Part shown: one piece after another, positions 9,464 through 18,758 of the stretch
How the letters are laid out: each line of letters starts with the position of its first letter
Numbering within the stretch: position 1 is the stretch's first letter
DNA from: Hyphomonadaceae bacterium
GTDB taxonomy: Bacteria; Pseudomonadota; Alphaproteobacteria; Caulobacterales; Hyphomonadaceae
Assembly (NCBI GenBank): GCA_041736285.1
Contig: JBGSUF010000052.1
Location: forward strand, 1 to 35,098
DNA length: 35,098 bases
Reading direction: 5' to 3'
The notes under the pieces: generated by a model
Database searches by the model: none
What the model saw: the letters and a program-made list of their open reading frames with translations, nothing else
What the model was told of the DNA's origin: nothing
Position numbers and translations under genes: made by a program

Positions 9464-12291
9464 AGGGCCTCCTGCGCTTCATCCGGGGCCTTATCTTCAA
9501 GGGCACGGGAGGCCTGCTGATCGGCCGCGCGCAGCAGCGTCTCCCACCAGGCGAGGCCCCACGGCCCCCAGCGCTTCTGCAGGCCAGCAAAACGGAGGGC
9601 GACATCGCGCGCGCGATCCTCAAGCGCGGAAGGCGGTGCATCCTCGCAACCTGTCGTCCCGATCACGGGACGTGCCTGCCCGTGATGGGCGGCCACCAGA
9701 TGCAGCACGAGGTCACGCCAGCCGTCATCTGCCAGCGCCTTGAAACGCTCATGCACTTCAACATAGCGCAGCGAGCCGAACTCGTGACGATAGCCGTCCA
9801 GCATCGCCTGGTCGATCGGCCCGCGCGTCTTGGCGAGCGGACCTGTCAGCCCATTGGCGTGGGCGTCGCGCTGCGCCTTGAACGCCTTCTGCCAGCGCTC
9901 GGCGCGTTTGCCTTCGTCATGCAGGTATGCGGCGACCGCCAGCGCCTCGCGCGCGTCATCGGAAAGCTCAAGCGCCTCGGCGATGGCGCGAGCGCGTTCT
10001 TCCGTCCAGCTTTGATGCTCCTCTAACGTCTGCGCCCTGCCGGAAAGGGCGCGCGCCTCTTCGGTGCGGGGAGCCTCGCGCATTTGATCGACAAACAGCC
10101 ATTCTGTTGGAGCCCCCTCGAGGTCAAGCTGCGTTGGGAAGGCGAAGGCTTCGCGCCAGTCGCGTTCGTGCCTACGTGGTTCTGACAGGCGTAGAACCCG
10201 CATTTTTGCCCTTTCGCTCCAAAGGGTGTCGGCGTCGAGTGTTTCAGGAATATCTGTCGCATCCGCGTCCAGCAGGCCGCTTTTAAGTCCAGCAAAGCGG
10301 GCATCGAGGATAAGGGTCTTGCCGGCGAGGTCAGCCTGAAGGCGATCCTTTACCTTCTTGTCGCCTGTTAGAGCCTTCAGAGCGCAGGCCTGAACAAATT
10401 CGCCCGCAGGCGACAGCGCAATGGCGGTAAGGTCATCCGCGCTCAGCCCATGCGGCTCGTCAGCATCTGTGCCTTTGGACTCAGCTTTAGACGAACCCGA
10501 CGGCTTCGAAATCGCTTCCGCGCGTTTCTGAAGCCATTCGACGACGCGATAGGTTTCGGTCTCGAGTTTCTCACTTTCATGCGGCGGCGCGGCCTCGAAG
10601 AATGCCACGACCTCGTTCTCGTCCGCCTTCGTCTGCGACCCTTTATCCGCGCCGACGCGGACGGGCAGATGGGTGCGCCAGACCAGCGTCGTCTGCGGAA
10701 GCTCGTCCACCCAGCCGCGAAGCCAGGGCGCAATTTCGGGGCGTCCGGTGTGCTCTTCAAGCGAAGTCATCGACCAAGCTTCGACGAGGGGAAGACTCAA
10801 TGCAGGGCGCAGCGGTTCCGGCGTCGTGGCTGCTGCGATTGCCTCCTTCGCGTTCGCATCGCCCGCCAGCGCACGCAAGGCACCCGGACTGGTATCGCGG
10901 CACCCTTCGCCGCCTTCGGATTCCGGCAAGCGTTCGAGCGCGGCCTTCGCATTGAATGCGATCAGCGCGCGTTGCTCTGCGTCGGTCGGTTTCCAAGCCT
11001 TTTCCACGTTCGGCTCTGCCCAGAAGACCGCGATTTGCGCATCACCAGCACCTCGGCGATTAACCCGTCCGAGCCGTTGCACCATACGCTCCCATGGTGC
11101 GAGGTCGGAGACCATGTGGTCGGCATCGATATCGACGCCGACCTCACCGGCCGAGGTGGCGATGAGGAAGGTCGGCTTCTGAAGCGCTGCGCGATCTTCG
11201 CTTGCAACAAAGCCCATTTCCGTCAGTCGCTCGGCGACTTTTTCCCGTTCCTTCTGGCGACGGCCGCCAACCAGCAATTCAATGTCGATCTCTGTCGCCT
11301 CGCGTTCGGATTTCTTGTCGCCTTGCGCGAGTTTCTTGATCGCATCGAACACACCTTGAGCCGACGGGCCCGCATTGTCGCCCGTCGGCTTTTTGTCCCG
11401 CCTGCTGCAGAACACGATCACTCGACGAGGCCCGCATTCGCTGGCCAGCCGCCAGGCTTCATTCGCAAGTTGCTGATCCTGATCCTTGCTGTCGCAGGGT
11501 ATGAGGCGCAGCACTTTCCGGGCGCCAAGGCGCTGGCTCGCCGTCTCATCATGCTCCCAGTCGCGAGGTTCGAGGCGGAACGTGGGGCGGACTTCATCCT
11601 CAGTATCGCCCGCATCCTCGCGCTGGGTTGCCGACAGAGGCAGAAAACGGAACGGGGGAACAAGCTCCTTCGTCTCTGCTGAAGCCCATTCAGGAGCCTG
11701 CCTTTCGACCTTACGCAGCAAGTGCTGGAACGGCGGGACAAGATGCGCCTCGTCCAGCACGACAAGCGCGTCAGCCCCCAGAAGGCCGGCATGATAGGGC
11801 CGCATCTTGCGCGAGACCCCATAACCCTCGAACAAAAGCCGCGAGCCGATCATGTCAACCGTGCCGACAATGATCGCGGGCGCTGCGGGGTTCTCCAGCC
11901 ATTCCCTGTTATCGATGAACTGTCCACGCAGCGTGGAAATGGGCAGCGGCCCGGTGAGCCGGAGCTGCTTCTTCAGTTGTGCTGCACGATCGGTCTGCAG
12001 CGCACCTCGAAGCCTTTCGGCTTCAGCGGTGGCCTGATCGACAACCGCGCGGCGGTCCACCACATATACCAGTCGGCGGGGCAGGGCCGCCCCGCGGGCC
12101 CGTGCGATGAGCCATAGCGGCATGACGGCGGTCTTGCCCAGTCCGGTTGGTATGTCGATGGCGCCAGGGATAGTCCCTTTCGAAAAATGCTGGGAATAGA
12201 GCCGGGCCTGCCAATGCATCGGCGCAAAGCCCATGAGAGCACGAAAGTCAGTGTCGAAGTCGAATGCGTTTTCTTTCGAAGTCTGATCCAT
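9460..12291 (-). CDS. cas3: Type I-G CRISPR-associated helicase/endonuclease Cas3 (C-terminal HD domain)
   Basis: Walker A IPTGLGKTA, DEAH box VVLDEAH, and SAGEVGVDID in helicase lobe 2. C-terminal HD motifs are YLHDEGKR, GYRHEFGS and HLVAAHHGQ. Start set at the ATG at 12291 (MDQTSKENAFDFDTDF). The longer ORF reaching 12420 adds an implausible Cys/Pro-rich leader. Confidence 0.9.
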
Positions 12292-12462
12292 CCGTTTGTC
12301 GCCCCAACACGCAATGGTTTCTAGAACAACAGATTCAACTGAAGCCGTAAAGATGAACGATCCCGAACGCGGAAACACTGGCCCAGGTCGATCGCATTTC
12401 CGTGGGCAGTTCATGAGCATCGCCCCGGCGAGATCGTTTCCCGCCGGGGACAGTGATGCTGG

Positions 12463-12618
12463 TCAGGGTTGAGGCCGCGCCTCAGGAAAACGCTTGCCGC
12501 TCAGCACTTCGCTGATGCGGCCCTGATTGACGCCGAGCTCGGCGGCAATCTCGTGCTGGAAGCTAGATCGCGCGCAGCGAGTTGCTGACGAAATCCAGCA
12601 TCTGAAATTGCGCTCCAC
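12463..12618 (-). CDS. Putative small helix-turn-helix protein (51 aa, GTG start), below the ORF-track length cutoff
   Basis: Hand translation gives VERNFRCWISSATRCARSSFQHEIAAELGVNQGRISEVLSGKRFPEARPQP*. FQHEIAAELGVNQGRISEVLSGKRFP resembles a small alphaproteobacterial HTH family (FQH.IAA...VN.GR.SE...GK). The frame stays open upstream to 12675, but GTG is the only plausible start. It lies upstream of cas3 on the same strand. Confidence 0.35.
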   Translation of the reverse strand: MERNFRCWISSATRCARSSFQHEIAAELGVNQGRISEVLSGKRFPEARPQP

Positions 12619-12681
12619 CCCAACCCCCGGCCCATGACTTGCATGGTCTGCCTTGCGTATTGCCGCAACCGAAAGTCAGCC

Positions 12682-14394
12682 ATGTCGGAGCAGCTTCCAC
12701 TGGATCTTTCACCTCGCGCCGCACCGGCCGAGGCCGAGCCGCTGCTGATCCCGGCGCGCATGCTGAACGAATGGGTCTATTGCCGTCGGCTCGCCTTTCT
12801 CGAATGGGTGCAGGGCGAATGGGCGGAGAATGCCGACACGACACAGGGTCGCCGCGCGCATCTGCGCACCGAGAAAGGGCCAGCGCCTGCGCTTCCGGCA
12901 CCTGATGCGCTGACCGATCAGGACGAAATCACGACCCGGCGCCTGCTTCTGGGTTCCGCCGCCCTCGGGCTGACCGCCGAGATTGACGTGCTAGAGGCCG
13001 AGGATGGCCGCGTCACGCCAGTCGACATCAAGAAAGGCAAGCGGCCGCATGTCGAGGAGGCCGCCTATCTGCCGGAACGGGTTCAGGTCTGCGCACAGGG
13101 ACTGCTCCTTCGCGAGGCAGGTTATACCTGCGAGGAAGGCGCGATCTGGTTCGCGGCCTCACGCGAGCGTGTCCGCATCGCCTTCACCGATGAGCTGATC
13201 GCCGCCACAAAGGACGCAATCACAGGCCTGCGTCTCGCGGTAGAGGACGGCATCCTGCCGCCGCCGCTCGATCACTCGCCCAAGTGCAATCGCTGCTCGC
13301 TGCTGCCGATCTGCCTGCCCGACGAGGTGAACTGGTTCAGGAAAGGTGCGGTCCCGCGCACGCCCCCGCCACCTGCGCGTCCTGCTTTGCCGCTTTATGT
13401 CGAGACGCCCGGCGCGCGTATTGGGAAGACCGCGCAGGCCCTGACCGTGAAGGTCGAGGATCATGCCAAACAGGAAATCCCGCTCGACGAAGTCTCGGAA
13501 CTTGTGCTTGCCGGCCCCGTAAGCCTTTCGACACCGGCCATGCATGAGCTGCTTCGCCGCGACATCCCCGTCGCCTGGATGAGCTCCGGCTACTGGTTTC
13601 TCGGCACGACAGGCGGGCAGGGGCCGCGAAGCGCTGCCGTCCGCACGGCCCAATATGTCGCCGCCTCTGATCCGGCCCGCCGCTTCGATTTCGCCAGATC
13701 GCTTGTGCTTGCCAAGGTACGCAACCAGCGCACGCTGCTCCGGCGCAACTGGCGCGGCCCCGAACCCGACAGGACCGAGGCGCTCGACCGCATGGCACGT
13801 GTTGCAGCAAAGGTGGAACATGCGCGCGACACGGCTCATCTGCTTGGCCTCGAAGGCGAGGCGGCTGCGATTTACTTCCGCGCCTTCCCCAACCTGTTCA
13901 ATGCCGCAATCGCAGACCTGCCAGCCTTTCGCTTTGCCAATCGCAATCGAAGGCCGCCAGCCGATCCGGTCAACGCCTGTCTGTCGCTGACCTATGCTGT
14001 CCTGACCCGGACCTGGTCGTCTGCCCTGTCGACTGTCGGGCTCGATCCGTGGAAGGGCCTCTACCATGTCGAACGCCCAGGCCGCCCTGCCCTCGCCCTC
14101 GACATGATCGAGCCCTGGCGCCCGATCCTGGCCGACAGCTCTGTCCTGATGGCGCTCAACAATGGCGAGATCGGCGCAGACGATTTCATCCACGCGGCGG
14201 GCGGCTGCAACCTGAAACCGAATGCACGAAAAGCGCTGATCGCGACCTATGAGCGTCGGCTCGACCAGGAAGCGACACACCCTGTTTTCGGCTACACCGT
14301 CTCGATCCGCCGAATGCTACACGTTCAGGCCCGTCTCCTCGCGCGATACCTGATGGGAGAGCTGCCGGACTATCCCCATTATGTGCCAAGATAG
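12682..14394 (+). CDS. cas1: CRISPR-associated Cas4/Cas1 fusion protein
   Basis: Cas4 part: IPARMLNEWVYCRRLAFLEW, DIKKGK, and the Cys cluster CNRCSLLPIC. Cas1 part: LGLEGEAAAIYF, ALDMIEPWRPILAD. Start chosen at ATG 12682 (MSEQLPLD); the ORF track starts at 12634. Confidence 0.9.
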   Translation: MSEQLPLDLSPRAAPAEAEPLLIPARMLNEWVYCRRLAFLEWVQGEWAENADTTQGRRAHLRTEKGPAPALPAPDALTDQDEITTRRLLLGSAALGLTAEIDVLEAEDGRVTPVDIKKGKRPHVEEAAYLPERVQVCAQGLLLREAGYTCEEGAIWFAASRERVRIAFTDELIAATKDAITGLRLAVEDGILPPPLDHSPKCNRCSLLPICLPDEVNWFRKGAVPRTPPPPARPALPLYVETPGARIGKTAQALTVKVEDHAKQEIPLDEVSELVLAGPVSLSTPAMHELLRRDIPVAWMSSGYWFLGTTGGQGPRSAAVRTAQYVAASDPARRFDFARSLVLAKVRNQRTLLRRNWRGPEPDRTEALDRMARVAAKVEHARDTAHLLGLEGEAAAIYFRAFPNLFNAAIADLPAFRFANRNRRPPADPVNACLSLTYAVLTRTWSSALSTVGLDPWKGLYHVERPGRPALALDMIEPWRPILADSSVLMALNNGEIGADDFIHAAGGCNLKPNARKALIATYERRLDQEATHPVFGYTVSIRRMLHVQARLLARYLMGELPDYPHYVPR

Positions 14395-14402
14395 GACGGC
14401 CA

Positions 14403-14714
14403 ATGACCAGAGTGCGTCTCAATAATGCCGAGCATGCCTATATCGTCGCTTATGACATCTCTGACCAGAAGCGCTGGCGCAAGGTTTTCCGCGCGATGAA
14501 GGGTTATGGAAAGCGCCTGCAACTCTCAGTGTGGCAGTGCCGGCTCGACGGTGGTCGGCGGATCGAGATGGCGATGGCGCTGGAAGGTATGATCGACAAG
14601 GCACACGACCATCTGATCATCATGGATCTCGGTCCGGCTGAGGAGGTGACCCTCAATGTTGAGAGTTTTGGCCAGCACTTCGAGCCGATCACACGCGCTG
14701 CGCGCATCCTTTGA
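14403..14714 (+). CDS. cas2: CRISPR-associated endoribonuclease Cas2
   Basis: 103-aa ORF. YIVAYDISDQKRWRKVFRAMKGYGKRLQLSVWQC is the canonical Cas2 ferredoxin-fold N-terminus. It sits immediately downstream of cas4/cas1. Confidence 0.9.
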   Translation: MTRVRLNNAEHAYIVAYDISDQKRWRKVFRAMKGYGKRLQLSVWQCRLDGGRRIEMAMALEGMIDKAHDHLIIMDLGPAEEVTLNVESFGQHFEPITRAARIL

Positions 14715-14958
14715 TAGCCAGCCGGACACCCGAAACGGCTGGTAAAAGGCGGACATTGCCGCAGGCTCTTCGAGTGCTCCGGCAATGCAGAAATCGCTGC
14801 GAGCGCTCGCGCAGGAAAAACTGACTTAATTTCAGCGTGTTGTTTGACATTTTGAGTGGATTATAAACAAGGCGTCGTTTCGACGGCCCGCGACTTGACG
14901 GGACCGCTCGAAAAGGGCCAGAAAGATCGTGCCCTTTCCTACGCTTACAGGAGGGGCT
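14715..14958 (+). promoter_or_regulatory. CRISPR leader
   Basis: 244-bp non-coding stretch between cas2 and the first repeat. It contains a locally AT-rich block GTGTTGTTTGACATTTTGAGTGGATTATAAACAAGG with promoter-like hexamers. The array orientation (repeat 3' end ATTGAAGC) places the leader here. Confidence 0.6.
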
Positions 14959-17900
14959 CTCTTCCCGGGCCCAAAAGCCCGGGCCTCATTGAAGCCCAAC
15001 TGTGACCACCGCCTCCGGATTTCCTGCCCTCTCTTCCCGGGCCCAAAAGCCCGGGCCTCATTGAAGCGCGGGAACAGCGGCGTGCCTGAAAACACGCGCC
15101 GCCTCTTCCCGGGCCCAAAAGCCCGGGCCTCATTGAAGCATCATTTCGCCCGAGCGCATGGCTTCCGGCAGGTCAGCTCTTCCCGGGCCCAAAAGCCCGG
15201 GCCTCATTGAAGCTTTGTGAGGTGCAACGTTAACGTCTCGTCGGTCGGCTCTTCCCGGGCCCAAAAGCCCGGGCCTCATTGAAGCGGCGCGCAAGCTCTT
15301 GCCGCATCTTTTGCTCCGGCGTCTCTCTTCCCGGGCCCAAAAGCCCGGGCCTCATTGAAGCCCTTGATCGGAGTCGCCTTGTGACCAACCACGTCCGACT
15401 CTTCCCGGGCCCAAAAGCCCGGGCCTCATTGAAGCAGTGCGACAGTGTAATCACCCGTCAGCGTCAAAGTCTCTTCCCGGGCCCAAAAGCCCGGGCCTCA
15501 TTGAAGCATTGCCGATCCGCCAGCGGCGAACGTTCAGTCTTGCGTGCTCTTCCCGGGCCCAAAAGCCCGGGCCTCATTGAAGCTAATATTAATGGTGACG
15601 CCTCCGCTGTGCTCGCTTGCTCTTCCCGGGCCCAAAAGCCCGGGCCTCATTGAAGCCCCGGAGGGCAACCACGCCTCTCCTTCTCGGAGCCAGCTCTTCC
15701 CGGGCCCAAAAGCCCGGGCCTCATTGAAGCGTGTTATCAGCCCCCATAGCGACCGCGACCCGGGGCCTCTTCCCGGGCCCAAAAGCCCGGGCCTCATTGA
15801 AGCTGCGGGGGAGGCACAACTATGGCGGACGAACCGAGTCCGCTCTTCCCGGGCCCAAAAGCCCGGGCCTCATTGAAGCTCGCTGGACCGCCAATCGGCA
15901 ATGCCGTTAAAGCCAACTCTTCCCGGGCCCAAAAGCCCGGGCCTCATTGAAGCGAGGAATACCGCAGGCGGCGCGAGGCGGCCAAGCGGGGCTCTTCCCG
16001 GGCCCAAAAGCCCGGGCCTCATTGAAGCCTCTACAAGTTTCATCCATGACCGTTTCGGTCGCGTTCTCTTCCCGGGCCCAAAAGCCCGGGCCTCATTGAA
16101 GCGAGGCCTGGCTTTCTTTATAGCGCTGCAATCACCTGCCTCTTCCCGGGCCCAAAAGCCCGGGCCTCATTGAAGCGTTGCAGTCGCTGCGGCGTTCTGG
16201 CCGTCGCTCAACTCTTCCCGGGCCCAAAAGCCCGGGCCTCATTGAAGCTCGTTGGGGTCGACGATCTCGCCCTTGCACTCGACACAACTCTTCCCGGGCC
16301 CAAAAGCCCGGGCCTCATTGAAGCAATCTGTTCTGAAATATCCACAATAGCGGAAATGTCAGCCTCTTCCCGGGCCCAAAAGCCCGGGCCTCATTGAAGC
16401 GGCCCCATGCCCGCCCATTTTGGTCGGCGGTGTTTCGCTCTTCCCGGGCCCAAAAGCCCGGGCCTCATTGAAGCATACTCTGCCGTGAAGTCGCTGACAG
16501 CCGCCTCGATCTCTTCCCGGGCCCAAAAGCCCGGGCCTCATTGAAGCAGCGGTGCATCGCAGTGCCGTTGCTTGACACCGCCGCCTCTTCCCGGGCCCAA
16601 AAGCCCGGGCCTCATTGAAGCGCGCGCGTCAACGTATGGGCCGACAAGGCTGCGGCGCTCTTCCCGGGCCCAAAAGCCCGGGCCTCATTGAAGCAATCTT
16701 GCTCATGTATCACCTCAGACAATGTTGACGTCTCTTCCCGGGCCCAAAAGCCCGGGCCTCATTGAAGCCCTGAAACCGCACAAGGCCACGCTCCAGCAAC
16801 GGCTGCTCTTCCCGGGCCCAAAAGCCCGGGCCTCATTGAAGCTATTTGGATCGCCACTGACGGTTGCAAATCGGATTGGCCTCTTCCCGGGCCCAAAAGC
16901 CCGGGCCTCATTGAAGCATCGAAACGCCAGCCTGCGCTGTGTGGCCATAACCGAGCTCTTCCCGGGCCCAAAAGCCCGGGCCTCATTGAAGCGTTGGGGT
17001 CGCGCGCAACGTCGCCGCTTGCTATCTTTCTCTTCCCGGGCCCAAAAGCCCGGGCCTCATTGAAGCCAACGGTCGTGCATGAGACGGCGCATTGGTATCT
17101 CGCTCTTCCCGGGCCCAAAAGCCCGGGCCTCATTGAAGCAAGGACCGCAAGCTTAAATACATGATTAACGTCAGCTCTTCCCGGGCCCAAAAGCCCGGGC
17201 CTCATTGAAGCTTCGTGATTGCACTTGGCGTCAGGTGGGTGACCAGCCTCTTCCCGGGCCCAAAAGCCCGGGCCTCATTGAAGCGATGCCCACCTGACGC
17301 GCATTGAATCGGCGCTGATCGTTCAGCTCTTCCCGGGCCCAAAAGCCCGGGCCTCATTGAAGCAAGTGCCTCAGCGACATTGCGAGGCTTTCCAGGGCCC
17401 TCTTCCCGGGCCCAAAAGCCCGGGCCTCATTGAAGCAACAACCGGCCGGGCGGCATCATCCGCACCAACGGCCTCTTCCCGGGCCCAAAAGCCCGGGCCT
17501 CATTGAAGCGACCTCAGCGGCTGCACCGGGCTGACGGCGCTGCCGGACCTCTTCCCGGGCCCAAAAGCCCGGGCCTCATTGAAGCACGAGCGACGCCGAC
17601 ACGTCGACCGTGATGGCCGCGACGCTCTTCCCGGGCCCAAAAGCCCGGGCCTCATTGAAGCTGCACCTCGCGGACGCAAACCGCGCGCAGCCCCGGAACT
17701 CTTCCCGGGCCCAAAAGCCCGGGCCTCATTGAAGCGGTCAGCGTCAGCGTCGTGTCGGTCGCAGTCGTGACAGCGCTCTTCCCGGGCCCAAAAGCCCGGG
17801 CCTCATTGAAGCAACGTTGCTGGGCGGCTGATGGCTTACGACCGCCCGCCTCTTCCCGGGCCCAAAAGCCCGGGCCTCATTGAAGCACCGGTATTTCGCG

Positions 17901-18109
17901 ATGCTGAAAGGCTGATTTAATGGCTCTTCCCGGGCCCAAAAGCCCGGGCCTCATTGAAGCTCCCCAGAGGCCCTCGGCAACGCCCTGGACCACTGGCTCT
18001 TCCCGGGCCCAAAAGCCCGGGCCTCATTGAAGCGCGAGGCGTCCGACACTCCGGTCCATTGGCGCGGTCAGGCTCTTCCCGGGCCCAATAGCCCGGGCCT
18101 CATTGAAGC
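14959..18109 (+). CRISPR. CRISPR array: 43 repeats of 37 bp and 42 spacers (35-42 bp)
   Basis: The repeat is CTCTTCCCGGGCCCAAAAGCCCGGGCCTCATTGAAGC, with internal 7-bp stem CCCGGGC/GCCCGGG. Repeat positions were counted by hand. Repeats 1-42 are identical; the last one (18073-18109) has a single A>T change at 18089. All spacers look unique by eye. Confidence 0.97.
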
Positions 18110-18728
18110 GCCAGCATCTGGCTTTCACCACCACGATCCGGGACAAACGTCATCGACCAGCAGCTGACCTGGTGGACCGGAACTTCTATGCCGATGCGCC
18201 GAATGTGCTCTGGGTCGTCGACATCACCTTCGTGCCGACCTGGGCAGGCTTCATCTACCTGTCGGTCGTCCTTGATGCCTTCAGTAGACGGATCGTAGGC
18301 TGGGCGATCGGTTACGAGCAGAAAGCCGAGCTTGTCCTGCAGGCCCTCAACATGGCGGTCACGTAGCGAAAGCCGCGGGACGTCATCCATCACTCGGACC
18401 AAGGATCGCAATACACATCGGTAGCCTTCGGTCTGCGGTGCAAGGAGGCAGGTGTTCGCCCCTCGATGGGATCGGTCGGCGATGCCTATGACAATGCGAT
18501 GTGCGAGAGCTTCTTCTCGACGCTCGAAGCCGAACTCCTGAACCGCCGAACCTTCACGACGAAAGCTGAGGCAAGGATGGCCGTCTTCGAGTTCATCGAA
18601 GGCTGGTACAATCCCGGCCGCCGCGACTCCGCTCTTGGCTACATGTCACCCATCAACTACGAAAGGAGCCGACTGGAGACACTGGAATCCACTAGCCCGT
18701 AATCGTCCACAAAACCGGGGGAACTCCA
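18110..18728 (+). mobile_element. IS3-family insertion sequence remnant: 5'-truncated transposase (OrfB, DDE/rve core) with an in-frame TAG at 18364-18366
   Basis: ORFs 18103..18366 and 18466..18702 share one frame. The read-through is ..PNVLWVVDITFVPTWAGFIYLSVVLDAFSRRIVGW..MAVT*RKPRDVIHHSDQGSQYTS..GSVGDAYDNAMCESFF..YNPGRRDSALGYMSPINYE. OrfA and the first ~100 codons of OrfB are absent. The right end placed near ..GGGGGAACTCCA (18728) is a guess. Confidence 0.85.
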
Positions 18729-18758
18729 GATCCTTCCAAGGTCGGAACCGTACACACC

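Noticed and set aside
10450-11682. A 410-aa plus-strand ORF inside cas3.
   Set aside because: It is antisense to the helicase core (Walker A, DEAH and other motifs are all on the minus strand). This is a high-GC shadow ORF.
12292-12420. An N-terminal 43-codon extension of cas3 (MLMNCPRKCDRPGPVFPRSG..), and the 12634 start for cas4/cas1.
   Set aside because: The extensions are Cys/Pro/Arg-rich and unlike Cas3g or Cas4 N-termini. The internal ATGs (12291, 12682) give N-termini that match the family patterns. The longer versions would also leave almost no promoter space.
13159-14280. A 373-aa minus-strand ORF inside cas4/cas1.
   Set aside because: It is antisense to the clear Cas4 Cys cluster and Cas1 motifs. 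It is a shadow ORF.
14718-14742. A hairpin CCAGCCG-N11-CGGCTGG right after the cas2 stop, considered as a terminator separating cas2 from the array.
   Set aside because: The stem is followed by TAAAAGG rather than a U-tract, so it does not look like an intrinsic terminator. It is kept only as part of the leader description.
14844-14867. TTGACA (14844-14849) and TATAAA (14862-14867) in the CRISPR leader, considered as a sigma-70 promoter.
   Set aside because: The hexamers are only 12 nt apart, too short for a canonical -35/-10 pair. A promoter is likely somewhere in this AT-rich block, but I cannot define it from the sequence.
14832-17770. Many ORFs on both strands across 14.8-17.8 kb with recurring peptides such as LFPGPKARASLK and MRPGLLGPGR.
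   Set aside because: They are translations of the 37-bp CRISPR repeat in different frames. Their periodicity equals the repeat-spacer unit, so they are not genes.
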